Origin: Macrostomum hystrix
Taxonomy: Eukaryota > Animalia > Platyhelminthes
NCBI GenBank assembly: GCA_950097015.1
Contig: CATNEN010000038.1
Span: 7,440,001 to 7,504,000 of the forward strand
DNA: 64,000 nt
Direction of reading: 5' to 3'
Of this stretch, positions 45,530 to 56,900 are shown in pieces. Each line of letters starts with the position of its first letter. The stretch's first letter is position 1. Under the pieces are notes generated by a model. It made no database searches and was not told the origin of the DNA. It saw nothing but the letters and a program-made list of their open reading frames with translations. The position numbers were made by a program, and so were the translations under genes.

Positions 45530-45910
45530 AACCCCCTGTCCCTCACTATTTCTCTACTCCCTCTTCATCTTTCTCTCTCCCTGTCTCTCCCCGTTCCCCT
45601 CGTCCTCTATCACTCCCTTCCCCTCTACCCCCTCTCTCCCTTCCCAATTACCTCTCTTCCTCCCTTCCCTTCTTACCCCCCTCTCTCCCTACCCAGTTAC
45701 CTCTCTCCCTCGCTTCCCCTCTACTCCCTAGCTCTCTCCCTTCCCAGAGAGATTAGAGAGAGATCAGAAAGATCAGAGAGATCAAAGAGATCAGAGAGAT
45801 CAAAGAGATCAGAAGATCAAAGAGATCAGAGCGATCAGAGAGATCAGAGAGATCAGAGAGATCAAAGAGATCAAAGAGATCTGAGAGATCAGAGAGATCT
45901 GAGAGAGATC
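45530..45910. repeat. CT-rich low-complexity tract followed by (AGAGATCA/AAGAGATC)n
   Basis: Directly visible. Confidence 0.9.
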
Positions 45911-47259
45911 AGCTAGCGAATTTGCTCGTAGAGTAGCTAGCGGGTCGGTGTTGTGCGTGCTACCTGACAAATCCGCGACTTACAACCGCAACAAACATTA
46001 CTAATGCTTCCGCGAATTTCTAAAATAACTGTTGATTGTTGTTTTGTGATTTCCATGCTTTCTTTTATTTAAGGCTTCCGCTGTATTTCAATAACCCGTG
46101 AGAGACCGAAAAATGTTCACAATAAAATATCCAGAATAACAATTTTACATTTCAGTGTGACAGTCTCATAATCCACATTCCCGTAAGCTAAGTTATATTT
46201 TCTGACCTTAAAGTCGCGGTCAGGCTGCACTTTATTCTCTTACCATATCATGTACGTTCTACTACCCCTCTGCTTGTCCCCCACCCATTCTTGATTTTGT
46301 TATATTTGTCGTTAAGATTAGCTCCTGTCCTTTGTACAAGTGTGTTTTGTTCCGTGTGTTTTGATACTGCGAGACCACAGCTTATTTAATTTATTTTATT
46401 AATTTATTTTACGTTTTGATTTTTACTTTGGAGTTCTAATAGAAAAAAACTGTCTGAGTAAGCAGGTGTCTGCGTTACATTTAGGATATCAGCTTTGAGA
46501 TATTATTATTGAAAATGGCTTTTAGCCAATCTAATCTGTTTATAATCAAAAAGTGAGAACAGCTTTATGATCTGTTAAAGAAAACAAAGTAGGCTAGCCA
46601 GTTGATTCAGTTTTTAAACAGAAAGTTCGTGGATTCTTTTATCAAAATCTTTGATAAAGTTTATGATGGAGTGTGTTTACTAAGCTTCAGCTGAGCCTCG
46701 CCACTGAGCGGCCTCTGCGGCGAATGCGGCGAATGCGGTGATTTTTGGGTTGGCAGTCAGGCCCACGCCGACTTTGGAGGCCACGTTGGTGATGTTGGGG
46801 CGTTCGAAGGTCCAGTTGTTGATGCTGGAGGGATGGTTGCATACTTACTCGTCACACACGGTGCACTTCTGGAGCACCTGGCCGACTAACTGTTATTTCT
46901 TTTAAGCCGTCGCAATTTTTGGGGAAATCCTCAAAGACACCGATACAACCGCCACCGGTCTGCAACGTTGAAGAGAATGGCAGGAGTCGCAATTGTCACC
47001 TTTCAGAGTTAATTAGTAACTAGCACAGCTTAATGAAAGTAGCAGCTTACAGTGATTTTATGCTTTCTTTTATTTAAAGGCTTCCGCTGTATTCCGGTGG
47101 GGGACAAGCAGAGGGGTAGAACGTACATGATATGGTTACTATCCTCTTTTCTCCAATTTGCAGCATAGCATGCTTTGCAGGTTTCTAATACGTCAATCAT
47201 GCTCGGAGGGATACACGTGGCACCGTACGCTTTTGGTGGAGGCAACTGCAATAGTCAGC

Positions 47260-48318
47260 CTACAGAGTGTCAAACTCCGAGAAGAATAGACCAATATTAA
47301 ACAATTTCTGCTGGGTGATGCTATCGATGGCTTCAACACCGCACCGCTGCAGCACCATGAGTCTCCATTCCTTGGCGGTGAAGTCAGCAGGTACCATGGC
47401 GAACTCTTGCTGCACGTCTGGCTGGCTCAGCTGGCGTTTTACAGCAGCCTTAAAAGTCCTGTGTGCTAGCTCCACCGGGTTGAGAAATGGTGAATACGGA
47501 GGAAAAACTCGAATGCTTATGCGATCCTTGTACTCCTGCGGAATTTGCAGGCCTTGGTGGAACCGGGCACCGTCAAGCAGAATCACACTGGAGTGACCAT
47601 CCTGCAGCTGGGCAACAATCCTTGGGCAGATGCGTTGCACGAACATTTGTACACATTGAACACATTGCCGATCTCCATGCAGGCTGTAATCCACCGGGTC
47701 AGTTGATGGCGACGTAGCCAGAATGAGGTTGACAGATGGGCTCTTCTGGGTGTGAACGTTCCTTCGAACTCGTGTTCCACGAACACTTCTGCCGAAGCCG
47801 CGTCGAGTCCAGACTCCGTAGCCGGATTCATCGAGGTGCACCAGTTCGACGAACGGTGGTAGGTTGACCAACCATTGAGCGAAATCCTGCCTCTTTGCTT
47901 TGTTCTCTTCTGTGTTTCGTGCCTCGGGAACGTCACCTTCCCTCGAAGGACACTTCATGGTGAAAAGATGTCCATCCAATGATCGTGATATCGTTGAAAG
48001 GTAGACACTCTCCAGGGTACCATGAAACTCAGCCAGCAGGGTAGTGCGCAGCTGCTGCAACGTGAGAAACGGGTTGTCCTCCACCGCAGCTAGCAGAAAG
48101 TCATTCATAGGCTCGGTGAGCTTTCGATTCTTGGTTCCACCCCTGGGCAGTGCATGGCGTCTCCCTTCCAAATCAAAGGCGTGGCAGATGTTGTACACGG
48201 AGGTTCGCTTGATATCCAGCATTCGAGAAATTTCGCTCACTGGCTCACCTCTTTGCCAGGCTTGAATGACGAGGTCTCTTTTTTCTCGAGTTATTTTAGC
48301 GTACGCAGGATTCTCCAT
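47260..48318 (-). mobile_element. IS630/Tc1/mariner-superfamily transposase ORF (HTH + DDE)
   Basis: N-terminal HTH (ISRMLDIKRTSVYNIC), PRGG linker, second HTH (NPFLTLQQLR...LSTISRSL), catalytic HLDESG / LLDGARFH / PPYSPFLNPVE. TIRs not identified. Confidence 0.9.
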
Positions 48319-48689
48319 TCTGAGTCTCTTGATTACGAACAGTAAAATGGTGTCAACATGTTTGCGCAGCCAAATTTAAAAGCCTGTTTGTGTTTCTTGG
48401 ATTTAGCCATAGACAAGTGTCTATGGTACAGCTAGGTTTGAATGTCTAAATTGAAAGCCCACTTGTCTAATTTAAAAGCCCGTCTGTGTCTTTCAGAGTT
48501 GGCCATAGACAGCAGTCGCTGGTTGGAGCAGCAGACAACTTAGTGTCCAATTTAAAAGCCCGCTGTCCCAACTAGACCGCAAAATGCTATTATTAGCAAG
48601 TAGCATTACTAGCAAGTTTTGCCCCCCAGTTGACCATGATCCCCCAGTTGACAATGATTCCCCTTTAGGGAATAGAGACTGCATGCATT

Positions 48690-49880
48690 GGAATGAAGAG
48701 ATTGGATTGAAATCAAAAGACTGGGTTGGAAAGAAGAGATTGGATTAGAATGAAGAGATTGGATTAGAATGAAGAGATTGGATTAGAATGAAGAGATCGG
48801 ATTAGAATGAAGAGATCGGATTAGAATGAAGAGATTGGATTGGAATGAAGAGATTGGATTGGAATGAAGAGATTGGATTGAAATCAAAGGACTGGGTTGG
48901 AAAGAAGAGATCGGATTAGAATGAAGAGATTGGATTGGAATGAAGAGATTGGATTGGAATGAAGAGATTGGATTGAAATCAAAGGACTGGGTTGGAAAGA
49001 AGAGATTGGATTAGAATGAAGAGATTGGATTAGAATGAAGAGATTGGATTAGAATGAAGAGATTGGATTAGAATGAAGAGATTGGATTAGAATGAAGAGA
49101 TTGGATTAGAATGAAGAGATTGGATTAGAATGAAGAGATTGGATTAGAATGAAGAGATTGGATTAGAATGAAGAGATTGGATTAGAATGAAGAGATCGGA
49201 TTAGAATGAAGAGATTGGATTGGAATGAAGAGATTGGATTGGAATGAAGAGATTGGATTGGAATGATTGGGTTAGAATGAAGAGATTGGATTGGAATGAA
49301 GAGATTGGATTAGAATGAAGAGATTGGATTGGAATGAAGAGATTGGATTAGAATGAAGAGATTGGATTAGAATGAAGAGATTGGATTAGAATGAAGAGAT
49401 TGGATTAGAATGAAGAGATTGGATTAGAATGAAGAGATTGGATTAGAATGAAGAGATTGGATTAGAATGAAGAGATTGGATTAGAATGAAGAGATTGGAT
49501 TAGAATGAAGAGATTGGATTAGAATGAAGAGATCGGATTAGAATGAAGAGATTGGATTGGAATGAAGAGATTGGATTGGAATGAAGAGATTGGATTAGAA
49601 TGAAGAGATTGGATTGGAATGAAGAGATCGGATTAGAATGAAGAGATTGGATTGGAATGAAGAGATTGGATTGGAATGAAGAGATTGGATTGGAATGAAG
49701 AGATTGGGTTAGAATGAAGAGATTGGATTGGAATGAAGAGATTGGATTAGAATGAAGAGATTGGATTGGAATGAAGAGATTGGATTAGAATGAAGAGATT
49801 GGATTGGAATGAAGAGATTGGATTAGAATGAAGAGATTGGATTGGAATGAAGAGATTGGATTAGAATGAAGAGACTGAAG
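48690..49880. repeat. 19-bp satellite (TTGGATTAGAATGAAGAGA)n
   Basis: About 60 copies. Confidence 0.97.
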
Positions 49881-49899
49881 AGACTCATTCATGTAATAT

Positions 49900-50160
49900 T
49901 GTGTGTCTGTGTACGCATTCCAATAGTGTGCATGCGTCTGTGTACGCATTCCAATAGTATGTAAGCGTCTGTGTACGCATTCTAATAGTGTGTAAGCGTC
50001 TGTGTACGCATTCCAATAGTATGTAAGCGTCTGTGTACGCATTCCAATAGTGTGTAAGCGTCTGTGTACGCATTCCAATAGTGTGTAAGCGTCTGTGTAC
50101 GCATTCCAATAGTGTGTAAGCGTCTGTGTACGCATTCCAATAGTGTGTATGCGTCTGTGC
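49900..50160. repeat. 31-bp minisatellite (GCGTCTGTGTACGCATTCCAATAGTGTGTAA)n
   Basis: About 8 copies. Confidence 0.95.
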
Positions 50161-52664
50161 AGGCGGGAGTCGCCCGTCGCGCCATAGCCGACCGGAACGG
50201 AATAATACAATGCCATAGACACAAATTCGCTTGCTTTGGGTCAGCCTAGAATTTGGATACCCACGTGGTAAGCAGTGCATACCATCAGACTTTTATATGT
50301 TAAATCCCAGTTGGCGCTCACCAGATCACCGCGCGATCCTAGATCCCTAGCTATGCAGGCACCACTGCCTGCCACTGTTTTACTGCAGATTCCAAGAAGG
50401 ACTTCGGCAACCAGGAAGGATGCCGAAATTGCGGTCTTTTATTTCTAAAGTATGGGTTAGAGGGACTAATAAACAAATAAATATGAAAATAAATAATTAT
50501 AGCCGCAAATAAAGCTATTTTTATAGGTATAGCAACAAAATTAGTTTACACGTGAAGCCAATTTTTATAGGTGTAGCACTTGTTTTTGTTACAGGTGCAT
50601 TGCCGAACTGCCAATTAGCACGACACTTTTGCACGGGAACTTTCTCCCGCCGAGATTCACCCATTATATTTTACTGCAAAACGTCCTAAAGTAATTTTTT
50701 ACATTTCCAGTCTAGTTCACGTCGCGCTCTAGACTACCTAATGGTTAAAAAGTTGCGCACTGCCCTCAAAGGAAACACAATCTGATTGTTCACACAATAG
50801 AGGACTCACTAAGTTGGGCCATGCTGCGAGCTAAGTATTATTCTATATTTCAATTAAACAAGGCTCAAGGTGCGTCAAAGAAGGAAGTGCATGGTTTAAA
50901 CCAGGAAGGACTTCGGCAACCAGGAAGGATTTCTGGTCTTTTATTTCTAAACAATATTTCTCAACTTTTCAATTAATGAAGCTAAATCTTTTCCCTAACC
51001 ACGATTTCTCAAATACCAATTCGTAAGGACATTGTTTTAATAAGTACATGGGAGTTAGACATCGCTAAATAAGTGCTATAACAATATAGCGCTTCAAGTT
51101 TTGATGTCTCTTGTCTTCACTTATAATTTGTCTAGCGGTTTGTTGCAGTCTAAATGTCTTGAAGGCTATAACTCCTAACGATTATCGACACTCAGTATAC
51201 CGGCTGGCTGTGATGGTCTCTCAGGATCGTTATCTTAGAACCAACTTAAGAAATAACACAAACACAATGAGTTTTCTAATATGTTTAACTTAACGGAATT
51301 CAAATGGAATCTCTAACTGACTCGAGTGGCGGTTCTTTTTCCGCGCTCCGCACCAATATATATAGTATCTTTAAAACCCCTCGATCCGAGGGGGAGATAA
51401 TACCATAGCAACAGTACGCATGGGAATTTGGGGTGAGTGAGGTCGCAGCCTCGAGTCTAGTAAAGATATTGTCATTAAACTAGTTGTTTGGTAGGCACAC
51501 CAACCACTTTCCTATGGAGGGTGGGTGAAAGTCTTAAAAACGCCTTAGTTGAGTTAGGATGTGTTCCCACTTCTATTGAGACCTCTTTCCTACTGTTCAT
51601 TATCCCCTTTCCCTTCATCGATCCAGTCTTCTTGTGCGGTTCCGGCCTCCTCCGGATCTCGTTCCCGATCGGGTCCGGGCGGCTCCAATTTCAGGCTGGG
51701 CTGGGTCGATGCAGGCAGCTGCAGGTCGGGACAGGCCGGGTTGATTCCGGGAGCTCCACGTCAGCACAGCTGCGTTCCGGTCTCGGGCCATTCCACGTCA
51801 GCACAGCTGCAGATCCGGTCTCCGGCAGTTCCGCGTCAACGCCTCTGCGGATCCGGTCTCAGGCAGCTCCACGTCGGCACAGCTGCTGCCATGCCGAACC
51901 GGGCCTGCGCTGAAATGAATAGTTGATCTCTGGGGGCGGATTTTGTCTAATCATTCTCCTTTCGGTTGCTCGCACTTTCTGCTGTTGGTATTTTTAGCTT
52001 TCGCTTCCTGCTGACGAACTCTTAAATTCCCTTCAGATTTCTAAGTCTTATAAACAACAGCTGTCTTCCACACAGCTCAATTAAGTTTGTCCGAAGTTAT
52101 ATACTCTCGCAACAACGCTATTTATTTAAGTGATTTTTGTTTATATCGGATCTGGACACAATCACCTTGGAAAAAACTAAGCAATCATTTAGAAATTTAC
52201 CTTTTTTTGCTTTGAGCAGCGCTGCCGATAGCAAAACACAGCCTTCATCTCATTTAGTCACAACTGCAACCGGATTGGTCCACGCAACTTAACATTATTC
52301 ATTATTTGGTTGCTTGTGTTGAATCTTGAATAAAAATATACAGTCTATATATATCAGACAGTAAATTCCTTGTTAACTGATGCTATTTTTTATGCAAAAA
52401 AATTCTTCAATTTTATGCTCCAGTGTAGTTTTGATTTTCAAACGAAACTTATTGCCAATAATATGAGCTCGACAAAAGTCACCAGTCCGGCAGAAGTCGC
52501 TAGAAGTGGTAAGTCTATTAACTATTGTTGAATCCCAATGGACAACCTGGGGGTCGTTGCATAGAATTGACAAGTTAAATGCGACAAGTTACAAGTCGAC
52601 AAGTGACATAAAATATATCAACTTATATCAACTTATCAATTTAGTGCAACTGTTACAAAGGACA

Positions 52665-52990
52665 AGAGAATTTCATGTGGGAAAAAATGTGGTTTCCACG
52701 TGCAAGGAAGAGTACGGGTTTGACCCTTGTCCAGGGAAGGACTATGCGTATGTACGAGACGTCCTTTGGCCTAACTTAAAGCGTCATACTTTGGAGAAGG
52801 TCGACTCACTAAGTAAAACGGGTGCTGCTGGTGGATCTGAAAGCAAGCTTAATGACGTACAAGAACTGGTGTTGGATATCCTGGACAAGAGATCTGGTCT
52901 TGTGGTTGGCTTGACTGTGCCCGAGACGTATGAACTGAGTCCTGCGACTGAGACAGTTGGTGCCACATCGTCCACTGAGGCGGTCGGCTG
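52665..52990 (+). pseudogene. Myb/SANT-like DNA-binding fragment (Harbinger-associated type)
   Basis: VRDVLWPNLKRHTLEKVD..SKTGAAGG...LNDVQELVLDIL....V.GL follows the W.NLK...K...TG.GG...L..E.VL.IL pattern; N-terminus missing. Confidence 0.6.
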
Positions 52991-53450
52991 CCAGCCAATC
53001 AGTCTTGCACATAACCAATAGTCTATGGTCACTTAGGTAGTTTTGACTCTAAAGACCACGTGGGTTTTTACAAATGCACTCAGTTTTCTTTCTTTCTGTA
53101 TCTCTAAAAATATTAGCCACCTAGCCTATAGCCACCAAAACCTAGAAAACGGGCCAAAATTTTCCGCTCTATCCGATTTTACAATTTCTAAACCATAACC
53201 ATCGTATAAAGGGCAGAAAATGTGAACGGCCAGATGGTGGACTTTCGCTAAAATCGGTCATTCGGTTTGGGAGCTGTCGCGAAGTAGGCAGTGGGTATTT
53301 AAAATACCCTCGTGGTGTTTCCACAGGTGGAAAACAGCGTGTCTTATTCCAAAAAGGACATATTGTAGGCATATGTGCCTAGATGCCTACAGCTTAGAAA
53401 AGCTTTTTCAAAGGAAAAAAGACCATTGAGCAGCTGGAAAGCTGGAGAAA

Positions 53451-53614
53451 TTCTTGCTACTTCGAGCTGGTCGAGTGGGACGACACGGGCTTCTTCGATG
53501 ACGCTGAGGAGCTCGGAGAATCTTCCGAGCAAGCTGTCCAAGTTCAGGCGGCAGCTGAGCGTCTTCTGCAGTGTATTCGCGTACAAATGTTAAGCGAATT
53601 CATGTATAAACGGT
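53451..53614 (+). other. Near-identical duplicate of the 3' end of the terminal STING-like domain
   Basis: 53451-53574 matches ~57560-57683 with only a few substitutions (SCYFELVEWDDTGFFDDAEELGESSE.A.QVQAAAERLLQC). The frame continues IRVQMLSEFMYKR to a possible phase-1 donor T|gtaaat at 53614/53615. Confidence 0.85.
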
Positions 53615-53914
53615 GTAAATACTTATTAAAAAACTGTTCCCTACGTGAACTATTCGCTCATTCTTGTCGTCCAACGCACTAAAAGTTTATTTAATAAGTA
53701 AAAAAAAATCTGTATTTGTACATGACTTTGTAACGTCGTTATAATTGAATATTAAATATTGAATATTGAATATTGAATAGATATTTCATGACCTAAATCT
53801 GTTGGTCATGAATCATGTTACAGCCAGTCATTTCATCATTGTTGGCGGTGCTCATAAAATGATACTCGTAAAATGCTTAATTCATTTCCCCAAACCATAA
53901 ACTGACGCCTGCAG

Positions 53915-56900
53915 CCACACTGCTGATTTTTGGCCACCTGGACCAGCCACCTGTGATCAAGGAAGCCGAGATTTCGATTCAGTCTAGCCTGTCCGGCGCC
54001 AGCACCTTCTACTTTTGGAACAAGAATTACGATCCGACCTGTAGCTACAGTCGACTGGCTGACGAAATCTCTGATAGCCATCAAATTGTGCTCTTGATCA
54101 ACTGCCGGCCTCCAGCACTCTCTGAGCTGCTCTGCCACCTGGCTATGGTCAGGGTAAGAACTCATTGGCTTGAAAATACTTGTGGTAAAGTTGAATACGT
54201 TTTCTCCATGGGCTTTATATACAAATATGAATAAATGAGGAGGGGATTTTACGGCCTCCCCACGTCCCCAGTCCATGGACTCAACAGTAGTGATCAAATG
54301 GGTTTTAGCCTAGAGGTTAGAGCGTCGGAGTCTAAACTTGAAGGTCAGGGGTTCGATTCAAGAGTGAACTGGAACAATTTGTTAAGTTAAAGTTAAATGT
54401 AGCAAGTCATTTAACTCTGCATAGCCAGCAGTTGCTGGAGTAATTGATGTAGGTGTTGTGTCCCCACGTAAAGAAAGGTGTAAAGGTGTAATAAAGGTGT
54501 AATAAAGAAAAACAAAACAGACTTCCACAGCGAAAATGTGACCAAACTGTGCAATGTGTGTCGTTTTTATTTCATTGATGCAATATTCTACGCTGACCGC
54601 TTGTAGCGACGCATAACGTAACAATACAATTATATTACCTGTCTGCTTTTAAAAATGAACTTCAGTGCGTCAACGAAAGCAAGCGAATAATTCACGTAGT
54701 GAAAAACTTTCGCGACAACGGCGAGCCACTGCTTCAGCATCGCCGCATACGACAGATGGTTCACTACTACGACCTGTGCTCCAACAGCGGCGCACTTGAT
54801 GAACTGCTCATCAACCTCAAGTCACAGAATGAGCAGGGTTCGTATTCTTGAATCTAGCTTTGTATTCTTATTCTGTTGATACACTCGCTGGTGAATGATT
54901 TATAGGAGGCTGTAGGCAGGAAGATGATCAGTGTACAGATTGAAGATCAGAGTGGTTTTAGTGGTCTGGGATTCCAATCTCCACCTTGGAGAACAGGTTT
55001 TTATCATTTGACAGTACCTCACATCGCCTCACTTCAACCAGCAGTAAAATTTGTACCAGAATCAGAGTGGGTTTTGCAGCTACCCTCCAGTCCGTGGACA
55101 CAGGGGTAGATTTTATTTAATATATTCTGGCAGTAATGGGGAGAAATTCACAGACACTATACGGCAAAAAACTATTTAGAACATTCAGAAAGCAGCGGTG
55201 CTATTCAGAACCTCGGCGAGGGCCTCGCCTGGCAGCTGTCGGTCGGCTTCCTGTCCTGCATCTTGCCCAGGCTTGAAAGCGTCATTCAAGCGAGCCTAGC
55301 CGACTTTCAACCGCCTCCACCGCTGGTTCGTGACGAGGTGCTCGTTCTGCCCAAGTACTTCATGCTGCTCAAACCAGAGCTAGTGACGGAGTCAATCGTG
55401 GGACCTTGCACGCCCCAGCCCCCTGAGCTAGTCGGTGGTTGCCAGATAATTCCAGACGTGACCATCAAATTTCCAAGTCACGGATATGAGAAGTACGTCC
55501 AACCTTACCTGATGAAGCTGGACATCAAGAACTCAAAGATTTCTCACATTGTCCTCTTCGGCGGATACGCCGCGCCAACATTCGCCATCCGGAGGCTCGA
55601 GGATGTCAGCGACGCTCAAAAGAAAGAAATTTTCGCCGACTTTCAGGAGGCCCTTTATTTCATCTGCAGCCATCCCGACTTTGAGAAGTTGATGAACAAG
55701 CTCGACTCGGACACCCGAGCCATCGATCTCTCCCACTCGCCCACTGCGTCCAGCAATCTCGTTCTGGTCAATGATCCCGACCAGATGCTGCAAGACATTG
55801 TAGCTAGAGAGGCCAGAAACTTCGTGGCCCGGCAAAGTCAAGATCTCGAAGTTCCAGTAGCCGAGACGCCTGCTGAGGCGCAAGTCCCTCGGCGCTTGCT
55901 ACTGGCTTTCAGCCCCTCAGTGCCAGCTGACTCGGTGACTCTCTTGCGTGCCACGCTGGTCAGACAAACTGGCATCGAAGCTACTGCGAATGTATCTGAA
56001 GACTTTGCCAGAGCTGTACTGGTGCTGCATCTGACAGACCTGCTGCAAAGCTGTGAGGCCAACAGTCCCGCGCTAATGATCACCATTGAGCAGCTGGTAA
56101 TCAAGGTTAGCAAACCGCAGAAATTTACTGCTCAATTCCTATTTCCCTTTAGACGCATCCGTGAAAATCTCATTTCAGATGCACACTGATGGTGAGTACA
56201 ACATCGCTGTGATTGTTATGTTCGGCAACGAGCACAGAGAATATCTGCAACAACGGGACATCTTCGACTGCTTGCCAAGTTTGCTAAGACACCTGCCAGA
56301 CAGCTGCGTTGTGAAGCTGGCATTCGAAACTTCAGCAGTTGAAGATGTGGATGAAGCCCTTGGCCAGATGTCTGTGCAGGCAGACGAGTTTCAAAGTAGA
56401 GATCCTGGCAGCGACCCCAAAGTGCGCTTTGCGTTTCCCAATGAATTGGAATCCGAGGGTCGCAGATTGTCTGATGTCGTCAGTGCACTGCGTAAGATTC
56501 TCACATTTCCAGAGTTCTTAAAAATACTTTGAGCACATTTGCTTTGAAATTTCATTTCACTATAAAATAAGACTCAGAGCTAAAACAGTTTCAGAGCTCA
56601 ATGATAGTAATTAATATTTGCGCGGGGCTGCGCGCAATGGCACATCATTTGGTGACATTTGGTGACATTTGGTGACATTTGGTGACATTTGGTGAGCGAG
56701 GAGGCGATTCTGCCCATTTCGCAGACTCTTGAGCACATACACAGATACTGTACGCAGGCACACGCTCACACAGATGTTTATACATTGTGCCCTGACTTTC
56801 CCATCGTCAGACAGTGTACACTTCACTGTGCCTCTGAGGTTGGCCCTTAAGGGTGTAGATGGCACGACAAGCCCCCAAGCCTTCTCTCCACGGCTGCGCA

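Noticed and set aside
46690-46890. GC-rich coding-like fragment on the minus strand
   Set aside because: Contains an in-frame stop and no identifiable family motif.
54924-55109. 61-aa ORF as an extra exon of the STING-like gene
   Set aside because: The flanking exons already join in phase without it and it shows no domain similarity; not excluded without RNA data.
56795-56815. Hammerhead ribozyme in SINE A (CTGACGA...GAAA GTC)
   Set aside because: No helix II or III can form between the core motifs, and GAAA is not conserved across copies.
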